NCBI GenBank assembly: GCA_040264895.1
Contig: JBDQHL010000001.1
Span: forward strand, 79,060 to 143,059
Direction: 5' to 3'
From: Bacteroidota bacterium
GTDB lineage: Bacteria; Bacteroidota; Ignavibacteria; Kapaibacteriales; UBA2268
DNA: 64,000 nucleotides
Under the pieces are notes generated by a model. It saw only the letters and a program-made list of their open reading frames with translations, made no database searches and was not told the origin of the DNA. The position numbers and the translations under genes are program-made. This document shows, one piece after another, positions 10,301 through 19,600 of this stretch (within the stretch, counting starts at the first letter, position 1; every line of letters begins with the position of its first letter).

Positions 10301-10533
10301 AAGACAGGAACTAAAAATTCTCTGTCAAAATTCGTGTTTCTAGGTAGCAATACTCTACCATTTTCGAACCACTGGTCGTTATATCCACCTTCTTGTCCAG
10401 TTAAAGATAAAACTGGGATTCGAGGATAATCTTGAGCTTCTACAGAACCGAACCCAATAAGGAATAGCAATGCTGCTACTGCCATACTGGTAAGTCTGTT
10501 TACGCCCTTTACCTTAGTATTTTTATTATACAT
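7333..10533 (-). CDS. large T9SS-sorted surface protein with N-terminal cohesin-like module
   Basis: Signal peptide and a cohesin-like segment (FLVPVFIDN...SFNFKLFYDSATVRPIGVE). CTD reads VYPNPVVSEATISF...GNYFVKVQAGSYNKIMRLQIVK. Confidence 0.8.
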   Translation of the reverse strand: MYNKNTKVKGVNRLTSMAVAALLFLIGFGSVEAQDYPRIPVLSLTGQEGGYNDQWFENGRVLLPRNTNFDREFLVPVFIDNRWADNPDGYSVDLPVAPITSFNFKLFYDSATVRPIGVETVHPKYIPRSVKLRGEQPLAAGFQIDWHDEVDKNFYTHIDASQTVTVNRGRAVSISAASNKPLPNTALDFQQFRVLLYVRFKAVLNEGEKLENSFSFFHIGRDTIIYNDLNVLQEAPFVDYRDYDTRVSEDFPDPQRPNYDSPLGVTFSGLAGMDNRTIQNDIVENKILPGGIWFQYMTDQPSFEFEINRQLGQQPPIVEIEEGLYEIVDPFTVDLNANRNQNPYPNVATRIMEVLNGTELTLLKNIHIVSDKPWLEFDGRDIQGPTTEGFVTYLDNGLLGEDSQRDEQNEVPDDEGPLSLTITCDPAKIQAGDDLNDDPEIEKTGIYTGYLTFSSDYAIISPVRIKVTFIYFRPPLEGQDPAGSRLNGIPLTLTNRDGESSRIVFGTGDRATIGVDSLYGEHAKESALSSTEMEARFYPVDESGEEIDDPDIQFGLGDFATSDEQLKSNSRDIRSSDDTTRSLIYKVKFNPGEDNQDQRYPIIISWNREDFIEGSSIFLRDTDNGQTFDPVDLWNEGTPSIDPNVYTFNINDPRVREFYIEYTPAKLIEYTDFEGNPIIEPGWNLLSMPVKPIDNGNPWESTGLLTRRPYYFFLNSYQQEDDGNIRPGVGYFVKFGANKDNLPTTFRGTSIFEVSPLVNPVRVYVADEGRGGWNTVGAPTTPINVEALEFRSVGQGNRPDRNYMLQHGVWKYETKEGYKEVSELQPGLGYWLKVDTDGYYYFNTESAKRTNEVPVMFDSRNSVKNNATQIIVSDNNQSSKALYVTNNTEINSIELPPLPPSFDVRFDGNTEMTNNNESIIKLTNVEYPVSISAKGMNGTFEVKDAATYEYFGTISSDNFSSVEIKSSSNSIQLNRVETEELSEVNNVYPNPVVSEATISFNAPVEGAYNVTLINSVGNKVANLYSGNVNEDVKTISFDANGFSSGNYFVKVQAGSYNKIMRLQIVK

Positions 10534-10563
10534 TAGGACACCTTAAAAATTATTTATAAAAAA

Positions 10564-11727
10564 TTAATTATTTATTTTCTTGTATATTTTAGTAAAGTTA
10601 CTTGTTGTAACCTTAATAAAGTATATGCCTTTCTTTAATCTATTCGAGTCATATACGTTATTAACATTACAATACTTTTCATCTACCTTATTTCCAAGAA
10701 CACTATATACCTGAACATTTATTCCATTTACTTTAGGAATAATCAGACCATTCACGTTTTCAAATTCTGTGAAGTAATTAACACTTGACTTAACAGAGTC
10801 TTTGGACTGCCTATTAGTAAAGTTAAATTCCAAATTTGGAAACCTTGTTGCACATACGCATTCAGTAGTTTCAACCGTCTCTATATTCAAATTTACATCA
10901 GCAGTATCATACTTACTAGATATTATGTTTAACATGATATTAGTCTCATCTGAATCTAATATACTCATATCAACCAAATAACCATTGTCATCTTCTATTG
11001 TTACATCGTCAATTATTATAGAGTTGTTACCAACTATATCATTAATTGAAATACTATCCGTATCTAGAGTTAGTCGTACTTTCCAATATTCTAAAGAACT
11101 TAGTTCTCCTAAGTCTAACTCAATATTTAGACTTGTCGAACTATCTTGTTTGAGAACTATTTCAGTGTCCTCAATATCAAAACCAATACTTCTGCTTGGC
11201 TTATCAACTATTCTTCCTGCAATTTCTAATGAAGTATCTGCATCTACAGAACCTTTGAAATCATCAAAAGGAAAAAAGTAATTGATCCCAAATACAACTG
11301 TATCATTGCAATCTCCTATAAAATCTCCAGCAAAACCTACAAGTGGTAAGCTACCAGAAAGTGGGTTAGGAAATCCTTTCAAATCAACAGCACCTTCAAA
11401 TATTATTTCACCGTTATCACCATCTGCATTTGATTTTTTATATTTAAACCTATCTGCAAAAGTGTTTATAGTAAGTACTCTATTCATTCTTACTACTTCT
11501 GGATCATAACTCAAAGAGAGCTCAAAACCTATAAGAGAATCTGATTTAATAACAGTTCCTATAGTTGGAGCTACTATTACCTCTCTCTCAAATTCTTTAC
11601 CGCAAAGATCAACTGGATTCAAATCCAAAATTTCAAGCTTGTAATCTTTAGATTTAGCTTGGGAGCTGCTCATTAATATGAGCAACCCCAAAGCAAAAAT
11701 CGTATTTACAAACTTAGAGTCAATCAT
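10564..11727 (-). CDS. T9SS-sorted protein with N-terminal cohesin-like module
   Basis: Signal peptide. LIGFELSLSYDPEVVRMNRV...GEIIFEGA follows cohesin logic. CTD reads GIYFIKVTTSNFTKIYKKINN. TAATG overlap with the upstream gene. Confidence 0.7.
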   Translation of the reverse strand: MIDSKFVNTIFALGLLILMSSSQAKSKDYKLEILDLNPVDLCGKEFEREVIVAPTIGTVIKSDSLIGFELSLSYDPEVVRMNRVLTINTFADRFKYKKSNADGDNGEIIFEGAVDLKGFPNPLSGSLPLVGFAGDFIGDCNDTVVFGINYFFPFDDFKGSVDADTSLEIAGRIVDKPSRSIGFDIEDTEIVLKQDSSTSLNIELDLGELSSLEYWKVRLTLDTDSISINDIVGNNSIIIDDVTIEDDNGYLVDMSILDSDETNIMLNIISSKYDTADVNLNIETVETTECVCATRFPNLEFNFTNRQSKDSVKSSVNYFTEFENVNGLIIPKVNGINVQVYSVLGNKVDEKYCNVNNVYDSNRLKKGIYFIKVTTSNFTKIYKKINN

Positions 11728-13589
11728 TATCTATTGATAATAATCTTTTCTATTTCATTCACGCCTTTACCTTCTAACTTGATAAAGTAAACACCTGAAT
11801 TAAGTTCGTTGCCATAAACATCATTTAATTCTAATACATTAGTAGCACTAGAATTGATATTACCACTATAGATTTCAGAAACCTTGTTACCAACTGCATC
11901 AAATACAGAAAGTGTATAGTTTCCTTCTTGTGGTACGTTCACTGAGTAAGTAGACATTCCATTAACAAATGGGTTAGGAGTTACTACTAGATTAGCAGAA
12001 GAAACTTCGCTAGCTTCAGTAATAGTACCAACTGGTTTGTCATTCACTCTGATGTTATTTAAAGTCAAATTACCATTAAGATCCGTCAATTCTACATAGA
12101 ATACAGCTTCTTTAGAATCAAATTCTTTAGCAGAAGCAGCAAAGAATACAGAATTAGTACCGTGATCTGTCATTTGGAATTCATTATTTAATTCAGTTCT
12201 TACACCATTAACAGAAGCGTTAACATCAAAAGAAATTGAAAGTGGTCCGTAATGATTGTTGTTTATGTAAACAGGAACAACAGTTTTACCATTAAGTACT
12301 TCTTTATCACCTACTACAATGTTGTCAGCAACATTAGCTTGTTTAGGATCGAATACTACTTCGTCAGGTATTAACCATGGAAGTTGAGTAGTAGAAGCAG
12401 ATAGATATTGCAAAATAATTGCAGCATCGTGCTCATTTACTTGATAGAATACTTTCTTCAATGAAGTAACTTCATTTGGAATGTTATCAAAGTAATTTTC
12501 ATCTTGACTTCTTATTTCTACTTTCTCATCATTACCACCATTAGTTCTGTAGTAATATCTACCATTGTGATTTACATCACCGTGGTAAGCAGCTCTTCTT
12601 CTTACACTATCCAATGGAATTTGAGTAGCCATAGAACGAAGAATTAATCTTACGTCATTGAAAGTAACATATCTGTTTTGTGGTAGGTTGAAGTGTCTTT
12701 GACCAGGAGTCTTAGAAAAATCAACATCTCCATCACCCCAAGATTCTTCAATGTTAAGAGTCTTCTTAGCAGTGAATAATATTCTGTAATTAGAAGCACC
12801 AGATGGTTGCCATGCATTTGATAAATTAGTACTGTCAGTAGCAGCAGAAGAAACACCTGAAGTGCCATCTGGCTCATCACTGATAGGGAATAATCCATTC
12901 ATAAAGTCGTCAAACTCACCTTTGATTCCAACTGAAGCACCTCTTGTTACTACAATTGTTTCGTTAGTTAATGTATTACCACCAACTTGACCATAAGCGA
13001 ATTCAATATCACCTTGTGGAGTTGCAGGATCATCTGATCTGTAAAGAATTACTTGGAAATCTGCGATACTTGATGGCTTAGTCTTGTCCATAATGTTCAA
13101 GTCTTTCCATTCAATTACCATCATGTCAGCATCTCCTTTGTAAGAAATTGTTGTCTCAACGTAATTGTTTAACTCATCAACCTTATTTCTAAAAATGTGA
13201 TCACCCCAGAAAGGAGCCAATACATTTTGTTGGTAAGTAGATGGTAAATCTCTAAACAAACCTCTAGGATTTGTTTGTGGCAAAAAGTTTGGTCTGTCGA
13301 ATGTAACAAATCCATTCACACTGATCCAAAGTTCTGTATATACCTCTCCATTGTACTCAAAAGGGAAACCGATATCAATTTTATGATATCCATCATCCGA
13401 ATCTTGAACATTTGGAGGTAAGATAAAATCAACGTCTTCCAACTCGGTACCACCAACGATAGGTGTGTAATCCTTATCAACAAGTTCCATTGACATAAAT
13501 TCACCAGGTACATTCGACTTTAGCGCTAAGCTAGAAAGAGCAACTAGTGCTACTGTCATTCCAGCTATTATGCTTTTTGTAAGTCTCAT
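11727..13589 (-). CDS. T9SS-sorted protein with NIDO-like, dockerin-like and cohesin-like modules
   Basis: IDIGFPFEYNGEVYTELWISVNGFVTF, VLAPFWGD and FQVILYRSDD are NIDO-like. GDGDVDFS and GDVNHNG, each followed by an amphipathic helix, are dockerin-like. CTD reads VTPNPFVNG...GVYFIKLEGKGVNEIEKIIINR. Confidence 0.7.
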   Translation of the reverse strand: MRLTKSIIAGMTVALVALSSLALKSNVPGEFMSMELVDKDYTPIVGGTELEDVDFILPPNVQDSDDGYHKIDIGFPFEYNGEVYTELWISVNGFVTFDRPNFLPQTNPRGLFRDLPSTYQQNVLAPFWGDHIFRNKVDELNNYVETTISYKGDADMMVIEWKDLNIMDKTKPSSIADFQVILYRSDDPATPQGDIEFAYGQVGGNTLTNETIVVTRGASVGIKGEFDDFMNGLFPISDEPDGTSGVSSAATDSTNLSNAWQPSGASNYRILFTAKKTLNIEESWGDGDVDFSKTPGQRHFNLPQNRYVTFNDVRLILRSMATQIPLDSVRRRAAYHGDVNHNGRYYYRTNGGNDEKVEIRSQDENYFDNIPNEVTSLKKVFYQVNEHDAAIILQYLSASTTQLPWLIPDEVVFDPKQANVADNIVVGDKEVLNGKTVVPVYINNNHYGPLSISFDVNASVNGVRTELNNEFQMTDHGTNSVFFAASAKEFDSKEAVFYVELTDLNGNLTLNNIRVNDKPVGTITEASEVSSANLVVTPNPFVNGMSTYSVNVPQEGNYTLSVFDAVGNKVSEIYSGNINSSATNVLELNDVYGNELNSGVYFIKLEGKGVNEIEKIIINR

Positions 13590-13676
13590 TATAAAACCTC
13601 TTATATATTATTAATTATTGTCATTGTTATAAATGGAAGTACCCTACCTAAGTAAGGTACCCCAAGTTTAGTCGTC

Positions 13677-16600
13677 TTATTTAACTATCTGTACTTTCAT
13701 GAATTCAGTTACACCACCAGCATTCATTCTTAGAGTATAAGAACCGTTGCTTAAGTCATTCGCAAATCTTTCTTTGATATCAAAGTCGAATGCGTGAGGA
13801 CCTACAGTGTAGTTACCTTCGTTAAGTACGCCGATTACTCTACCAACGTTGTCAATTAGTTCGAATGTTACGTAAGCAGCTTTGTTAAGGTTAAAGTTAA
13901 CAGTACTTACAGTTGTAACTGGATTAGGAGACACATTAGTAATGTTAGAAACAGCAGCTACTTCATTGTTCTCTACACTAGATTGAATATCTCTGTAGAT
14001 AATGAATGCGCTTATTTCACTATTAGTAATAGTCAATTTAGCTTCACCAGTTGCATCGTCATATTCGAAGCTGTTACCTGACAAATATCTTACATTAGGA
14101 TCGTGCATATTGATGTGGAAGATTGAACCATCAGAAGCAGGGTCTCTTAAGTACCAGCTTGAACTAGAAGGGTTCGCAGTTGCATCATCAATAGCAGGAA
14201 CGTCATTTGCATTCCACTCAATAGTAATTGGGTAGTTAATTGCAGTTTGACCATTCTCACCACCAACTTGTATTTGAGCTACATATATTTGGTCTCCAGT
14301 AGCAGAAGCTTCTGGATAAATATTTCTCAAGATACCGTTAATTGTTGGTACAGTCCATCTTGCGTCAAATATATCTTGTTGTGGATAAGGAGGTAATTCA
14401 TACTCACAATAGTTAGGGTCTACCTTACCTTCTTTATCACCATCTCTACCATCACCAGTTGAAACGTTAGTTTCAGCAGTACCAAACTCTAGCACTTGGA
14501 AAGAACCAATTGAGTTACTTACTGTTATAGGAGCAGCAAAGAATGTTGGATCTGAACGTTTGAATCTAAATCTGTAGATAGTAATTTCACCTTCAGCATC
14601 AGTAGCTCTAATTTCAACAGTAATTCTACCGTCTGCATCAGGAGTTACATTTTCAATTGCTTGAGTTACGATTACATCAACTCTTACAGAGTCATTATCA
14701 ATGTCTTCACCTTTAAGTTCATATTGATCTAATTCTACACCTTGTACAGGTTGAGTAACTTCTAGAGTAACTAATTCTTGTGGAGTTACATCTGCATCTC
14801 TCAAGAAGTCTTTGTCTATTACATAGATAAAGTAGTCATTATCTAAGTTACTATTAGGATCTACACAGTCTACGTTTGGAGCAACTGCGATGTCTGGACC
14901 TTGATTGCTAGCTTCAACTCTTAGGTCGAATTCCATCAATGCAGGTAAGCCATCTTCATCAGTTACTAGTACAATTACTTTCTCATCTTTAAGAGCGTCT
15001 TCTACTTCAGGAGTACCATATAGTAAACCACTTTCAGGGTTGATTTTCAACCATTCTGGAGTGAATTGACCATTAGTACCGTAATCAACACCTTCTTCCC
15101 AAACACCAGCTTCAGTATAACATGGATCTTTAGGAATATCACCTCTACCATCATAAATTAATTCAAATTCATGCTCTTGGAAGAAGTTAGGGTCGAATAC
15201 TTTGATTGCTTTAGAAGAATCAAGTAATTGGTTGTTATAATCAATACCTTCTACAGCATTTGGTAAAGTAGTAGTTAAGATTTCAGGAGCAAAGTTGATT
15301 AGAACTTCTAATCTTCTTTCCATTCTTCCACCATGACCATCATTTACTACAAATACGAAAGATGTATCAGTGTTATATTCACCATTGTTTCTGTTTAACG
15401 GAGTCAATATGCTTACTGCATCAGCTCTGTCGATACGTATGTTCAATTTACCGAATGTAGTAAAGTCTGCACCTAATAGATCTTGTGTAGTCTCACCATC
15501 ATATCTGTATAGATATTGGTCAGCCATCCAAAATGGTCTTTCTTGATCGATAATTTGATCAACATTACCATCTTCTCCATTAATTGAAACAGTGTCAATT
15601 ACTACTGTATCACCAGCAGAGATAGTTTTGTTTACAAAACCATAAGCAGTTCTACCATATCTGAAGTCCCAGCCGTGCTCTTGCTCAGCATAGAAATCTT
15701 CAATTTCGTCATCAGTATTTATGTCAATTTGAAATCTTAACTTATCAGTTACGTTTGCTATTAATCTTGGCTCATCTTCATTAGTTTCACCACAAGTCAA
15801 CACAGTTGGCTCGTAAATAGCAACAGTATCTAGGATAGTAACACCATCAGATTCGTAACGATATTTCTCAACAACACCAGTACCTGGCTCTATGTACTCA
15901 GGGATCTCGTCAACTACGAAGATTTTGAATTCGTAATCAGCTTTCCATCCGTTAGCACCACCAAAGTCGATAGTATCTTGTTGTAAGTATCTTGCCCTGT
16001 CTACATCATAAGAACCAGCATTGTAGTAAGGACCAAAAGTCTCTACATACTTCTCTAATTGCTCATCGCTGAATAAACCAGAGTTTACTAATGAATCTAA
16101 TGTTCTGTAATGTGGAGGATAGTTTGCAGCAGTAACATCTACTGTTTCACCACCAGGAACTACATAAGGGTTAACAGGACAACCTTTTAATACAATGTGA
16201 CCAGTAGCAGCGTCTTTCACTGAATTGTTGTCGCTTACATATAACGTATCTGCTTGTAACCAATTAGCTAAACCAGAATTGTTATCTACATCCCAAGAGT
16301 AAGTTAAGTAAGTATAATTTTCCCCATCAGCTAGTGCTCTAGGATCGTAGAAGTTGTTTGAATCAACTGCAGTAATCGAAAGAATACTGTCTCTACCTTC
16401 GTTAAAGTTACCAGGATATTCTCTATCTTCTCTTAAGAAAATAGTATTAGCGAAATCATCATAGTATAATGTATCTAAAATATCATTAGCTCTCTTAACA
16501 GGATCCAATGAAGGAACCAATTTAACTAATGTATCATTTTGTAATTCAACTATATCGCCAGTGAATACTGGAGGATAAGTGCTTCTTTCGATTTTGAAAG

Positions 16601-19600
16601 AAATACCATCTTCGTAAGCTTCTACAACACCTTCTTTCCATAGTACTTGTCTAGAGATAACTCTAATAACATCACCAGTATCTACAGGAAGTGCATCATA
16701 TCTTTCACCAGCGAAGTAAGTTACAATACCACTACCATTATCAATGTTAGTATTTTGGTCAATTGAAGGTCTGTTACTGAATAAATCATTAACACCACCT
16801 AATTGACGGTAGTCAGCTTCATACTTTCTACCAGGTAAAGTAGCACCTACTTCATTATAACCATTATCTTCTAATTCAGATAATAAGCTATAACCAACAC
16901 CGAAGTTAAATAAACCTTCGTTAGTTCTTCTTAACAATGTGTTAGGAGTTCTGTTAGATGAATCTGGAACAAACTCAACTCTTGATCTAAATACTTCTCT
17001 ATAAGGAGCAACTTCAGAAACTTGCTCTAAATTAACTCTTATAAAGTCAGTTGTAGTTTCATTTATTACAAAGAATACTGTTTGATTCATAGTTTCGGGT
17101 ATGTGGTTGCTTCTTTCAGCAAGACCATCATAATCTACATGAGTCTCTAAGTAAAGTGGGTAACCAATTGGGTGATAGAAATCACCTTCTGGGTTAGCTT
17201 TGAACTCAGATTGTAATGCAGTAATGTAAGGGAATTTCAAGTCGCCATTGTCGTCTAGTAAACCTACACAATATGGATCTCTAGTAGTTCTCTTAACATA
17301 TTTACCAAATGAAGGTTGTGAATCATCAGTAAATCTCTTAGTATTATAAGGAATACCTACTGCAAAGTCCTCGATAGGGCTCATGATTCTCTTAGAGTAA
17401 TCAGCAGTTTTGATATCAGTTCCTTTGTCATATAAGTCATAAACTTTACCAGACATTAATAGTTGCTCATTCAAGCTAGTTGCAGCAGGAGTATTTTCAT
17501 CACCAGCAGCATTTTTTAATAATATCGGAGTATAAGTGTATTCGTCAAATATAGATTCGAATGGACCTTGCTCCAATGGATCAGCTGAACCTCTTACGAA
17601 TGGTAATGGAGATGATCCGTCACCGTCGATAAAGAATGTTTCGTTATCAGCTAATGGGTAACCTAAGTCATTAATAACTTCAACTGTTACATTAGCTTCA
17701 GTTTGACCCCAGTAGTTACCATTCATTGGGTTAGTTCCACCCAATCCAAGACCAATGCTACCAGCTAAAACACCTTTAGTATTCGGTGCATCAGGTAATC
17801 TAACAATAAATCTTGCATTGTTACCATATACAGAGTTACCAGATTCTGGACCTACTCCTACTGGTAATGGACCTTGTAGTTCACCATAAATAACAGCACT
17901 TGCTAAATCAGAAGAAGCTTCGTTCTCAATAATACCACCGTTACCATCTTGAACCATTGGGCCATGGATAGCATTTTGTTCAACACCAATATCCGTTAAC
18001 GCAGTGTTTGCAGATATTAATGATTTTTGGAATATTAATTTTAAGTCATAGTTATCAGAGTAGATAGCAGCACCAGTGTAAGCAGTGTTATTTAACATTC
18101 TTACTCTGTTGAATGATACTGTATCGATTCTGTCTAATACTCTTATGTTAGCACTATCTAAGATGTACATTGCACCACCAAGACCAATACCATTTTCTGG
18201 TAATGAAGTTCCTGGGTGCATTCTAGCTACATCATAGTGACCAGCGTCAGAAGGATTAACTTCGTTCCAAGTAGCACCACCGTCTTCAGTTTTCAACAAT
18301 GTACCATAGTCACCTACAGCAAAACCAGTTGAATTAGAAGCAAAGTGAATACCTTGAAGACCGAATCTTGTTAAATCTTCCATCTTGGTCCAAGTAGCAC
18401 CACCATCTTCAGTCATTAACATGTCACCGTTAACAGTAGTTACAAAACCTTTCATAGCTGAGATAAATTCTATATCAGTTAAGTTAGCTCTTGTATCAAC
18501 ATCAACAGTAAACCATGAATCACCACCGTCAGTAGTAGATAACATAGTACCACTGTTACCAATGATGAAACCTTTGTTCTCACTAGTAAAGAGGATTTTT
18601 TGTAAATCATAGTTAGGGATTGGAGGCACAACTTCTTCCCAAACACCATTTTTAGTTCTTAAGATTAATCTATCATCGCCAACAACATAACCAGTGTTTA
18701 AGCTAGCAAAATATACACCATTCAGATCTTGCATCTGTGGTTGCACAGAAGTCCAAGTATCACCAGCATCGTGTGATTCGTAAATCAAACCATTGTTAGT
18801 TACTGCATATAGATCATTTTGACCTATAGAATAGAAATCATTAAATTGATTGTTAGTTCCAGTATTTAAATCAAACCATGTATTACCAGCATCAGTTGAT
18901 TTCTTCATAATACCTTGTGCACCAACGATGTAACCAGTACTAGAGTCAACAAACTCAACGTCAGTTAATCTATGGTTAGTGTTAGACTCTGGGTATTCCC
19001 ATTTTTCACCACCTTGAGTGAACTTAACAATAGTACCAAACAAACCAACTGCATATCCTACAGACGCGCTAGTGTGGTAGTTTGATAATAATGGGCTTCT
19101 AGTTCTAAATACACCATCAGCGAACTGAGTTGCACCAGAACCTTGCTCATCAGAAGCTCTTTCTTCATACATTGCTTCGTTATTTTTGAATGTAGTTAAC
19201 ATTCTAGCATCAGGAGGGAATGATACATTTTCATCATATGTAAAGATATCATCTCTTGAGCTCATGTTTGTAGCTACATCATTTGCGTCATAAGTAATTT
19301 CGTCTGCATCAGAAACAAAGTATCTCTTATTTAGGTTATAAGGTCCTACCATTGAAACAGCACCACCGTTACCATTGTAAACCATGTTACCGTCAAATTC
19401 AACACCTTTAACTAAGTTTAAGTCACCACCGTTAGAGTAAACTGCACCACCACCTCTTAATTGGCTTAAGTTTTTATCAGCAACGTTAGCACCAACTGTG
19501 TTGTCTCTGAATAATGCTCTTGATAATTGTACTGCTCTTTGGTAATAAGGAGGATTATCAGCTATAGGAATTTGGAAGTGAACAGCACCACCAGCATAGC

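Noticed and set aside
13620-13676. A hairpin (GTACCCTAC...GTAAGGTAC) between the giant gene and the 620-aa gene
   Set aside because: The stem has a mismatch and no U-rich tail on the minus strand. Given the 87-nt gap the genes are probably co-transcribed, so I did not annotate it as a terminator.
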